Below, in pieces: positions 25,617-33,279 of a DNA stretch of 36,727 nucleotides (the stretch's first letter is position 1; every line of letters begins with the position of its first letter). Position numbers and translations under genes: made by a program. Below the pieces are notes generated by a model that saw nothing but the letters and a program-made list of their open reading frames with translations, searched no databases and was not told the origin of the DNA. Where the stretch lies: assembly GCA_000320545.1 (NCBI GenBank), contig ADNK01002262.1, positions 1-36,727 of the forward strand, written 5' to 3'. This stretch comes from Bigelowiella natans CCMP2755. Lineage: Eukaryota; Protista; Cercozoa.

Positions 25617-27983
25617 CTACATAGCGATGCGAAGATACTCCCCAGATTTTTCACCAACTCCACCAACAGCGAACAGTTTGCCATCCCCAACGGCCACACC
25701 CAAACCATACCTCTTAGTATTCATATCAGGAATTTTCGTCCACCCCGCATCCACATTCTCCAAATCCAGATACTCTCCAGATTTGAGAGGATTAATATCA
25801 TCAGCAGACCCACCAACAGCAAACAGTTTGCCATCCCCAACGGCCACACCCAAACCACTCCTCTCAGTATCCATCTCAGGGAGTTTCGTCCACCCCGCAT
25901 TCACATTCTTCAAGTCCAGATACTCCCCAGATTTGTGAGTATTACGACCATCATACCCACCAACAGCAAACAGTTTGCCATCCCCAACGGCCACACCCAA
26001 ATCACTCCTCCCAGTATTCATCTCAGGGATTTCCTTCCACCCCGCATCCATATTCTTCAAATCCAGATACTCCCCAGATTGGAGACGATTACGACCATCC
26101 CTCCCACCAACGGCAAACAGTTTGCCATCCCCAACGGCCACACCCAAACCATTCCTCGCAGTATCCATATCAGGGAGTTTCGTCCACCCCGCACCCACAT
26201 TCTTCAAGTCCAGATACTCCCCAGATTTGTGAGTATTACGACCATCATACCCACCAACAGCAAACAGTTTGCCATCCCCAACGGCCACATCCAAATAACT
26301 CCTCTCAGTATTCATCTCAGGGATTTTCTTCCACCCCGCATCCACATTCTTCAAATCCAGATACTCCCCAGATTTATCACCCCACCCACCAACAGCAAAC
26401 AGTTTGCCATCCCCAACGGCCACACCCAAACCATTCCTCGTAGTATTCATATCAGGGATTTTCGTCCACATCTTCATCTCCAGTAATTTTCGTTGTCGCT
26501 CTGCTTCTTTCTTCCTTCTTTCCGCTTCTTCTTTCTTCCTTCTTTCCGCTTCTTCTTTCTTCCTTCTTTCCGCTTCCTTCCTTTTTCTTTCTGCCTCCCT
26601 TTCTGCTTTCAGTCGCTTTCTTTCCGCTTCCTTCCTTTTTCTTTCTGCCTCCCTTTCTGCTTTCAGTCGCTTTCTTTCCGCTTCCTTCCTTTTTCTTTCT
26701 GCCTCCCTTTCTGCTTTCAGTCGCTGTCTTTCTGCTTCCCTTTCTGCTTCCAGTCGCTGTCTTTCTGCTTCCAGTCGCTTTCTTTCTGCTTCCAGTCGCT
26801 GTCTTTCTGCTTCCAGTCGCTGTCTTTCAGCTTCCATTCGTTTTGCTTCAAGCTCATCCCATATTGCTTTCAATTTCTTCACAGTATCACTTCGGGCTTT
26901 CCTCACATTCAAGTTCATCCTTTCCAATTCTGTTTTGATAGATATTGGCAAGTTCCGTTTCCGGAGCTTCCTTGTAATCCCAATGTCTCCTAACCATTCA
27001 GCATCCACTTCAGGCAACTCCTCGCCACCGATTTTCGCATCGGCAAACATTTTCGCTTCTTCTGGTTTCCCTATTTTCCGAATTATGTCAGACACCGCCC
27101 CCGCATCCAATTTCTTGTCAAACTTCTTCTTTACCAACGATAGGGTTTTTGTCAGATGCACACTCTTGTCCTCAAACACACAATGCCCATTGGATAGCAC
27201 CAACCCACAGTTGCTTTGTTTCGCATCAGATTCCAAGCACACAACATCTCCAATTGTAATCACTTCTGGTTTAATCACTTTTTTACTCCATCGTTTTATC
27301 TTTGAGAGTAGACACCTGCGGTGATTCAACTTCACCTCCAAATCTTCCAGTGTCTCCAAATCCATACTTAAAAGAATGTCGCCTCCTATTAGATTGTCCT
27401 CAAAACTTGCCTTGTATTCTGCAAATCCCCACTTGTGCAACAAATCACAAACTTGCTTCACACTCAGGGTCTTCTTCTGCATCAGCTGTTCGCTGGAAGG
27501 CAGGAGTTTCAAGTCTTTGGCAATCCACTTGGCAATAAGATACACATTGTATGCAACGACTGGTTTATCTGCTGGATTGAACTTGTTTTGGTGGGCGGGT
27601 AGGTTCCCCTTTTCTCGGAGCTGATGTAAACGAGAGTGCAAATCGCTCGTTATTCTTCCTTTCACCGTTTTGATGTTGTCAGACAGGTTCGCAAACCCCT
27701 TTCTTTCCTGAACTGTCAGCAGAAAGCCCTTAACGAAAAACTCAGCACATTTGCGACCGTTCAACATAACAATCTCGCAACTGCGATGGTAATCCTCTTG
27801 AATCTTATTCATAGACAGAGCCACATCGTGTGCATTCTTGTGCTTTACACCACCTTTCCCTTTGCACCCAAAGAAAATGGCATCCCTCAATTTGACCCAC
27901 TCGTCGTGTGTAAAACCAGTTGGTGGGTTCGCATCGTCGTGCATCTTGCTTTTGGAGCCATACTTCAACGGTTCAGCAGACAT
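25617..27983 (-). CDS. SAM-SAM-coiled-coil-Kelch (6-blade beta-propeller) protein, 788 aa
   Basis: SAM-like segments LSVKQVCDLLHKWGFAEYKASFEDNLIGGDILL...NHRRCLLSKI and LDAGAVSDIIRKIG...KIGGEEL...GITRKLRKR; E/R/K helix; six Kelch repeats W-x3-P-x-M-x-T-x-R-x2-L-x-VAVGDGKLFAVGG...SGEYLD. Intronless. Confidence 0.9.
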   Translation of the reverse strand: MSAEPLKYGSKSKMHDDANPPTGFTHDEWVKLRDAIFFGCKGKGGVKHKNAHDVALSMNKIQEDYHRSCEIVMLNGRKCAEFFVKGFLLTVQERKGFANLSDNIKTVKGRITSDLHSRLHQLREKGNLPAHQNKFNPADKPVVAYNVYLIAKWIAKDLKLLPSSEQLMQKKTLSVKQVCDLLHKWGFAEYKASFEDNLIGGDILLSMDLETLEDLEVKLNHRRCLLSKIKRWSKKVIKPEVITIGDVVCLESDAKQSNCGLVLSNGHCVFEDKSVHLTKTLSLVKKKFDKKLDAGAVSDIIRKIGKPEEAKMFADAKIGGEELPEVDAEWLGDIGITRKLRKRNLPISIKTELERMNLNVRKARSDTVKKLKAIWDELEAKRMEAERQRLEAERQRLEAERKRLEAERQRLEAEREAERQRLKAEREAERKRKEAERKRLKAEREAERKRKEAERKRLKAEREAERKRKEAERRKKEEAERRKKEEAERRKKEAERQRKLLEMKMWTKIPDMNTTRNGLGVAVGDGKLFAVGGWGDKSGEYLDLKNVDAGWKKIPEMNTERSYLDVAVGDGKLFAVGGYDGRNTHKSGEYLDLKNVGAGWTKLPDMDTARNGLGVAVGDGKLFAVGGRDGRNRLQSGEYLDLKNMDAGWKEIPEMNTGRSDLGVAVGDGKLFAVGGYDGRNTHKSGEYLDLKNVNAGWTKLPEMDTERSGLGVAVGDGKLFAVGGSADDINPLKSGEYLDLENVDAGWTKIPDMNTKRYGLGVAVGDGKLFAVGGVGEKSGEYLRIAM
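25630..26470 (-). repeat. Six ~135-150-bp Kelch-coding tandem repeats, near-identical in DNA
   Basis: acagtttgccatccccaacggccaca recurs six times at ~147-bp spacing. Confidence 0.95.
26488..26840 (-). repeat. 21/24/54-bp coding tandem repeats (EAERQRL, KAEREAERKRK, EAERRKKE)
   Basis: ctttctgcttccagtcgctgt-type units encoding a charged helix. Confidence 0.9.
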
Positions 27984-28095
27984 TTCCAGAGATTTTATCT
28001 TCCAGGTAGGTCGCGGATTCCTTTCTCACTTTCTCGCAAAGAGAGGGAGAGTCTCCAGAGTGTCCAGAGTCTGTTTTCCAAAAAATACATCCAAC

Positions 28096-29178
28096 TTAAC
28101 TCACGAAAAATCCCCTATCAACTTGCTTTCTTTTTCGCTTACTAGTCCGTATTTCAACAGGTTCATCGGTCCACTTCTCTCTCGGTTTCGGTGTTTTTTT
28201 CTCAATTGCTTTTTTCACTATTTCGTTTTCAGCAGGTTTCAGTTGATTCTTGCTGAAAGTTTTGTCTAAAACACCTTCCAAAATATATCTTACTGGTCGG
28301 TCAGGTAATAATAATATGTTTTCAATTTTGTGCGGTTTCAACGAATATCTTATGTCGCCCTCCCTGAAATTGCCTATTTGTTTCTCTCCTTTAAAATTCA
28401 CAGGATAATCCAATTTGTATCTCACCTTCCTACCGACCTCGTACAAATCACAATCGCCTCCCTTCTTACAAGGAACTTCTCCTGTCTGCTTCAACTTCTT
28501 CACCCTAGCATTCTCGTTTAACTTATTCAATATGTCAGGTAATAACTTTAACCACTGCTTACTTACTTTATCGTTCTCTAATTCTTTCACCAACTGAGTT
28601 TTGATAATAATACTGCCGATACTCTTATTTCGTGCTTCCACATTTGCCTGTTGACTATGCCTAGCAATACCTGCTCTTCTTAAATATATACCTTTCTCTC
28701 TCAAATACCCATCCAATCCTTTTTTAAACTCACTACCAGCATCTACTTGTAGGATTTTCGGCGGTTTCAACACCTTGTTCTCGTAATACACCTTGTCTAT
28801 CGCTTTTCTTACCGCTTCAGCAGTCCTTTTTCGTAAAGGTATAGCATCAGTTTGTTTAGTATGATTATCTACTGCTACTAATAAATATCTAAACCCTCTA
28901 TCATTAGGTAGATACAGCAAGTCCATCTGTCCCCGCTTACCCGGATACCCATAGGCATCGTTGTGGGTTGCTTTTACTTCAGGGTCTTGCTTTTTCTCCC
29001 TGGTCAGTTCATCTACTAAATCCTTACTCTTCTTGCCGATTAAACTTCCCAGTATGGTTGGTTTCTTCTTTCGTTTGACTATCTTTTTCACTATTTTCTT
29101 TTTAGGCATTTCAGTTTCTGTATCAGTATCATCATCATCACTACTGCTTTCGCTACTATAAGGTTCTTTCTCGTCCAT
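28096..29178 (-). CDS. Retroviral-type (rve, DDE) integrase of Polinton/mavirus type
   Basis: GQMDLL (D), YLLVAVDNHTK, LQVDAGSEF (D), QANVEARNKSI (E); C-terminal YEVGRKVRY...FREGDIRYS...VRYIL segment typical of Polinton-like integrases. Confidence 0.92.
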   Translation of the reverse strand: MDEKEPYSSESSSDDDDTDTETEMPKKKIVKKIVKRKKKPTILGSLIGKKSKDLVDELTREKKQDPEVKATHNDAYGYPGKRGQMDLLYLPNDRGFRYLLVAVDNHTKQTDAIPLRKRTAEAVRKAIDKVYYENKVLKPPKILQVDAGSEFKKGLDGYLREKGIYLRRAGIARHSQQANVEARNKSIGSIIIKTQLVKELENDKVSKQWLKLLPDILNKLNENARVKKLKQTGEVPCKKGGDCDLYEVGRKVRYKLDYPVNFKGEKQIGNFREGDIRYSLKPHKIENILLLPDRPVRYILEGVLDKTFSKNQLKPAENEIVKKAIEKKTPKPREKWTDEPVEIRTSKRKRKQVDRGFFVS

Positions 29179-29220
29179 ATATACATAATGTGAGATATAA
29201 AATATATGTAGTTTATTTTA

Positions 29221-29406
29221 ATGGATAAAGAAATAGAACGAATGCTCATACACAAGGGATTAACCAAAGGAATAATAAGTATGATAGATGAATACCTATA
29301 TCAAAGTTATTTAGTGTGTTTAACTCACAATTTCCGCAGACTAAACAATAGTCCTAAACTTAAGTTCATCAACAAATTAAATTTTAAAAAAAAATATGTA
29401 AATTAA
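29221..29406 (+). CDS. Small hypothetical viral protein, 61 aa
   Basis: ATG-started ORF divergent from the integrase, AT-rich leader with TGTA 10 nt upstream. Confidence 0.5.
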   Translation: MDKEIERMLIHKGLTKGIISMIDEYLYQSYLVCLTHNFRRLNNSPKLKFINKLNFKKKYVN

Positions 29407-29418
29407 TAATATAGGAAT

Positions 29419-29595
29419 ATGATAAAGTTAATATATGAATTAATCGTAAATTTACTGCCTGACAATTTTACAACATACAGGAATGATGATGCTGTTGTGG
29501 TTTATGACAGGTCGGTGTGGAAGATGGAAAGCAGGGACGATGCTATCTTATTGATTAAGAAGAATATATGTAATATGTCAATAATAAATTGTTAA
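29419..29595 (+). CDS. Small hypothetical viral protein, 58 aa (below ORF-track cutoff)
   Basis: MIKLIYELIVNLLPDNFTTYRNDDAVVVYDRSVWKMESRDDAILLIKKNICNMSIINC*; fills the gap between ORFs and is followed by a hairpin. Confidence 0.5.
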   Translation: MIKLIYELIVNLLPDNFTTYRNDDAVVVYDRSVWKMESRDDAILLIKKNICNMSIINC

Positions 29596-29610
29596 TATAT
29601 ATTTTCCTCC

Positions 29611-29663
29611 AATATTGAAATTCAACACTTTAGACACCCTCGAAGGTGTTGAAACACAATATT
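29611..29663. terminator. Intergenic hairpin, putative 3'-end/polyadenylation signal
   Basis: aatattg (29611-17) pairs with caatatt (29657-63); ttcaacac (29621-28) pairs with gtgttgaa (29646-53). Confidence 0.5.
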
Positions 29664-29696
29664 AAATTAAATATAAAAATATATAGTATAATATAT

Positions 29697-30656
29697 ATGA
29701 ATAGTATACTCAAAGATGTTGATAGAACTTCTCTCTTTCCAATCAGGCACAAAGACATATGGAATGCCTACAAGATACAACAAGCAGGATACTGGACTGC
29801 CGAAGAAATAGATTTCAGTAATGATGCCGATGACTTCTCCAAATTAAGTCAGGACGAACAAAAGTACTTAAAATATACCCTCATCTTCTTTGCGAATAGT
29901 GATATTGAAGTGAATGAAATGATAAATAGGAATCTATACGAGGAGTTTAAGGCATTAGAAATTCGTATGTGCTACGACTTTCAAAGGCAAATGGAAAATA
30001 TACACACAGAAACATACAATCTACAGATAGATACTTTGATAAAAGATAAAAAAGAAAAGGAGGATTTAATAAATGCTGTAAAGAATAATCCTATCATAGA
30101 ACAAAAGATAAACTTCTGTAGGAAACAGGTCTTGTTATACAACTCCATACAGCATAAATTGATATGTCAGGTCATCTTTGAAGGCATATTCTTCGCTTCC
30201 TCGTTTGCTTGTATTTACTACTTCAAGCAGAAAGGTATATTGAAAGGTCTAACTTTATCTAATGAATTTATCAGCAGAGATGAGAACCTACATTATAGTT
30301 TCAGTATTATGCTATACAATAAGTTAGAGAAGAGACTATCACAAGCAGAAGTAGCGGTGTTGTTTGATAAGGCACTATGTATTGAACGAGACTTTATCAC
30401 ACAAGCATTGCCTGTTAGATTGTTAGGAATGAATGCGGATATGATGTTAGACTACATCAAATTCACAATAGACAATATATTACTCAAATTAGGTTATGAT
30501 ACAATCCACAATGTGAGTAATCCTTTGACCTGGATGGAAAGACTGGATTTACAAGGCAAGACCAATTTTTTTGAGAGTAGAGAAAGCAACTACCAATCTG
30601 CTAATGTATTAAACGAGAACAAAGAAGACATCTTCCAAGTAGACCTCAATTTTTAA
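29697..30656 (+). CDS. Ribonucleotide reductase small subunit (class Ia R2, eukaryote/NCLDV type)
   Basis: YWTAEEIDF, FFANSD, MENIHTETY (E-x2-H plus radical Tyr), FEGIFF, SRDENLH, KTNFFE, C-terminal FQVDLNF. First ATG is at 29697. Confidence 0.95.
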   Translation: MNSILKDVDRTSLFPIRHKDIWNAYKIQQAGYWTAEEIDFSNDADDFSKLSQDEQKYLKYTLIFFANSDIEVNEMINRNLYEEFKALEIRMCYDFQRQMENIHTETYNLQIDTLIKDKKEKEDLINAVKNNPIIEQKINFCRKQVLLYNSIQHKLICQVIFEGIFFASSFACIYYFKQKGILKGLTLSNEFISRDENLHYSFSIMLYNKLEKRLSQAEVAVLFDKALCIERDFITQALPVRLLGMNADMMLDYIKFTIDNILLKLGYDTIHNVSNPLTWMERLDLQGKTNFFESRESNYQSANVLNENKEDIFQVDLNF

Positions 30657-30671
30657 TCTAAATTATTATAG

Positions 30672-30881
30672 ATGCTACTGGAAATAGTTAGACTATTACA
30701 ATTACAACTACGATTAACAAGATTAAGAAAAGAGATAAACAAATTGATAAAGCAAAACAAGAAACTGATAAAAGAGAACAGCAAATTGTTGATACAATTA
30801 AATATTATGAAACAACCCTTTGATGACAATGGTGATTTAACTGATAGTGCATTTAGGATGTTGATGAACGACGAAAAATAA
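30672..30881 (+). CDS. Small coiled-coil viral protein, 69 aa
   Basis: Leu/Ile heptads (LRKEINKLIKQNKKLIKENSKLL); TCTA 11 nt before the ATG. Confidence 0.65.
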   Translation: MLLEIVRLLQLQLRLTRLRKEINKLIKQNKKLIKENSKLLIQLNIMKQPFDDNGDLTDSAFRMLMNDEK

Positions 30882-30896
30882 TCTAATCTTTATTAA

Positions 30897-31007
30897 ATGA
30901 TTGTAGTGTTATTAATATTAGGACTCATCTTTTCCATAGGTTATACAATAGGTAAGATAGTAGCAAGGAACACGGATTTAGACCCCACCAACGATATTAG
31001 AGTATGA
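30897..31007 (+). CDS. Putative 36-aa single-pass membrane microprotein
   Basis: MIVVLLILGLIFSIGYTIGKIVARNTDLDPTNDIRV*; TCTA 11 nt before the ATG. Confidence 0.55.
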   Translation: MIVVLLILGLIFSIGYTIGKIVARNTDLDPTNDIRV

Positions 31008-31308
31008 TGAGATTAAATTTATCAGCATAGTCCTCTAAACTATCCTTCAAATCAGGTTTATTCCACAAGACCCAACGAGATAATGAACCAGCAGTCAGGA
31101 ATTTACTCCAATCTTCATTCTTCATATGCCTTGTCAGGTATCTATCTTTTCTGTTTTCATCTTTATGTATCGTAAAGTCGCTATACCGACTATCTCCAAA
31201 GTCTGTGTGTTTTACTTTTATTATCCTTCCACCCTTATCAACATAAAAGAGCATCCTATGCTTCTTATTTTTAAGAGGTGATTTCATTAGTTTAATATAT
31301 ATTTTCAT
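30997..31308 (-). CDS. Tlr6F-like / DUF5754 family protein
   Basis: KSPLKNKKH...DFGDSRYSDFTIHKDENRKDRYLTRH...EDW...AGSLSRWVLW matches the family pattern found in Polinton-like viruses, virophages and NCLDVs. Confidence 0.85.
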   Translation of the reverse strand: MKIYIKLMKSPLKNKKHRMLFYVDKGGRIIKVKHTDFGDSRYSDFTIHKDENRKDRYLTRHMKNEDWSKFLTAGSLSRWVLWNKPDLKDSLEDYADKFNLIIL

Positions 31309-31323
31309 ATTATAATAGTTAAC

Positions 31324-31420
31324 ATAAAATAAATTGTTAAAAAAACAATTTATTTTATATTAAGAGGAAAAATAAATTTCTATTTATTTTTTCTTGTTCT
31401 TAACAAGAATATTATAATAT
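31324..31420. terminator. Cluster of AT-rich hairpins downstream of the MCP gene
   Basis: Perfect 15-bp inverted repeat 31324-38/31344-58; 10-bp 31368-77/31382-91; 8-bp 31391-98/31402-09; palindrome atattataatat 31409-20. Confidence 0.65.
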
Positions 31421-31425
31421 AAAAT

Positions 31426-33249
31426 TTATAATAACGAAGAGAGTTTCTTTTTCATTCCACCACCACTTACGGATGCTTTACCTCCTATCTTTTTCTTAAG
31501 CACATTTGCTCCCATTTTAAGAACGGCATCTTGAACTTTAGGATTAGAGGCAATATTTTTCACAGTTTTTCCAACTTTAGATGCTAAACTGCTGAAGAAC
31601 CCTGAACCGACTAATTTGTTTTCAACATCACTTCCTCCAAATTGTGCTGATAATACATCCTGTTCTGTAATAAGGTTCTTAACAATCATAGAAGAACCTG
31701 CTACAGTCTTGAAAAATCCTGATTGAGGGGTCATAACTACAAGTTGAAGGTTTGGAATAGCAACATCACCCATTGCTGTAGGTTTCATACAGGTTGCTTG
31801 GACTTGTAATGTGTAGTTTCCAATCACACCTGGTGCTTGAGAAGGGTTTAATTCAATATCTTTACCCATTTTAGCAATGACGAACCCACCACTGGTGTGG
31901 ATTTTTCTGCCTTTACTTCTACTGCTTCCAATGTAGGTGTGGAAATCAATTTCTAATCCATTATCATAACTCATCTTGTATAATTTATCCACAGGCATTG
32001 TGTTTAAAAGACCGCTTCTGTTATCAAAGGTAATGTTTAAATTTGTGATGGGAAAATAGAATTCGTTTTCGGTCGCATCATATGTTGTTTTCTTAACAGC
32101 AATAATTAAACTATCAGGGATACTTGGTAATGTTATAGTAGATGATAATATGGTTTTACTATTGTTTATCCCTTGAGGAAAACCATTACTATCAATAGTT
32201 CTATATGTAGGGAACTCCATATATGGGACAATATTTTCAGGACTGACTTTGAGGTCTAAAGCAGGAGTTAAATACACAACATCTATATAACTTTGTAAAA
32301 ATGGTCCTGGTTTATTCGCTAATGTAACGAATTCTGCTCTACATGTTACATCACCTGCTTGAGTGCCGATTCTGTTTCCATCGTAGCAGACTGCTCTACT
32401 TGGGTCTTTAAAATTGATTTGGAGGGTAGCATTGTTAACACCGTATAAACCTACACTATGATAATTCTCAGGAACATAGCATAACGGACTAATCATAAGT
32501 TTCTCTTTGGATGTAAATTTTAGGTAAAATTTATATTCTGCTTGGACAAGATTTCCAGGTGCTCTTACGACTGGTTCGCCATCCGCATATGGATAAGCAA
32601 CACCACCTATGACCACATTTCCATTAAAGTTGTCCGGTAAAACATCGCCATTACCATCTACAAAATTAACATCAAAATGTGCTCCATTCTTGTGGTAGAA
32701 TTTATCGCCGTCAAAGAACCCAGTAATACTATTATTGAATGCTCCTTTACCTTCGCTATATTTTCCATAAGGTGACAAATAGGAAGGGCAAATCGCACTG
32801 CTACTGTCATATTTTGGGTCAGTAGTCATTAGAAGCAACTGCTCGTTTATGGATTGGTCTAAATTAGTTGTGGATACTGTATCGTTAATTTGTAGACTCA
32901 TTGTGGAAACCATTCTATGTAAAGGGAAGTTGTTTAATGATAAGATTTCACTTAAGGTTGCGATTTTAGCATTAGCAGCAGGGTTTCCACCAGCACCAAG
33001 ATCAGCACCAGTATTAAAATCACCTCTGTTTACAGTAACTAAAAGGGTGACCTCGGAGGTCCAGTTTATCTTTCGGTCAACGAAGACATTTAAAGAAGGT
33101 ATGGTAATGTTATAGTTTTGATTACTCGCACTTGCGGATAAGGATTTAATCTGTTTGTTATTCACTGACATAGAACTCTTAGAGATTTTGTATTCAGGTG
33201 GTAACTGAACTGTTCTTGCATCATAAACTGCTTTCTTACTTAAATTCAT
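31426..33249 (-). CDS. Virophage major capsid protein (double jelly-roll), 607 aa
   Basis: Virophage-typical length; N-terminal D-x-R...NYNITIPSLNVFVDRKINW, FPLH, LYGVNN, TITLPSIPDSLII, PITNLNITFDNRSGLL, APGVIGNYTLQV, Gly-rich basic tail; adjacent to penton. Confidence 0.9.
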   Translation of the reverse strand: MNLSKKAVYDARTVQLPPEYKISKSSMSVNNKQIKSLSASASNQNYNITIPSLNVFVDRKINWTSEVTLLVTVNRGDFNTGADLGAGGNPAANAKIATLSEILSLNNFPLHRMVSTMSLQINDTVSTTNLDQSINEQLLLMTTDPKYDSSSAICPSYLSPYGKYSEGKGAFNNSITGFFDGDKFYHKNGAHFDVNFVDGNGDVLPDNFNGNVVIGGVAYPYADGEPVVRAPGNLVQAEYKFYLKFTSKEKLMISPLCYVPENYHSVGLYGVNNATLQINFKDPSRAVCYDGNRIGTQAGDVTCRAEFVTLANKPGPFLQSYIDVVYLTPALDLKVSPENIVPYMEFPTYRTIDSNGFPQGINNSKTILSSTITLPSIPDSLIIAVKKTTYDATENEFYFPITNLNITFDNRSGLLNTMPVDKLYKMSYDNGLEIDFHTYIGSSRSKGRKIHTSGGFVIAKMGKDIELNPSQAPGVIGNYTLQVQATCMKPTAMGDVAIPNLQLVVMTPQSGFFKTVAGSSMIVKNLITEQDVLSAQFGGSDVENKLVGSGFFSSLASKVGKTVKNIASNPKVQDAVLKMGANVLKKKIGGKASVSGGGMKKKLSSLL

Positions 33250-33266
33250 ATATAATTACACCGAGA
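33250..33266 (-). promoter_or_regulatory. Viral promoter-like motif TCT[A/C]-N13-ATG (MCP copy; recurs at other viral genes)
   Basis: Same 13-nt spacing at integrase (29192-95), penton (34583-86), lipase (35522-25) and protease (36297-300); 11 nt at 30657-60 and 30882-85. Confidence 0.7.
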
Positions 33267-33279
33267 AAAAAAATTTAAA

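Noticed and set aside
25630-26470. CRISPR-like or DGR interpretation of the ~147-bp repeats
   Set aside because: The units are in-frame Kelch blades without unique spacers, and no cas gene, reverse transcriptase or template repeat is in the window.
25560-27324. Long plus-strand ORFs of 308 aa and 306 aa
   Set aside because: Antisense shadows of the Kelch and coiled-coil repeats; a stop-free repeat unit propagates an open frame.
29646-29696. GTG start of the RNR ORF and the 35443 start of the lipase ORF
   Set aside because: The extensions are AT-rich promoter or hairpin sequence; ATGs at 29697 and 35539 fit the promoter spacing.
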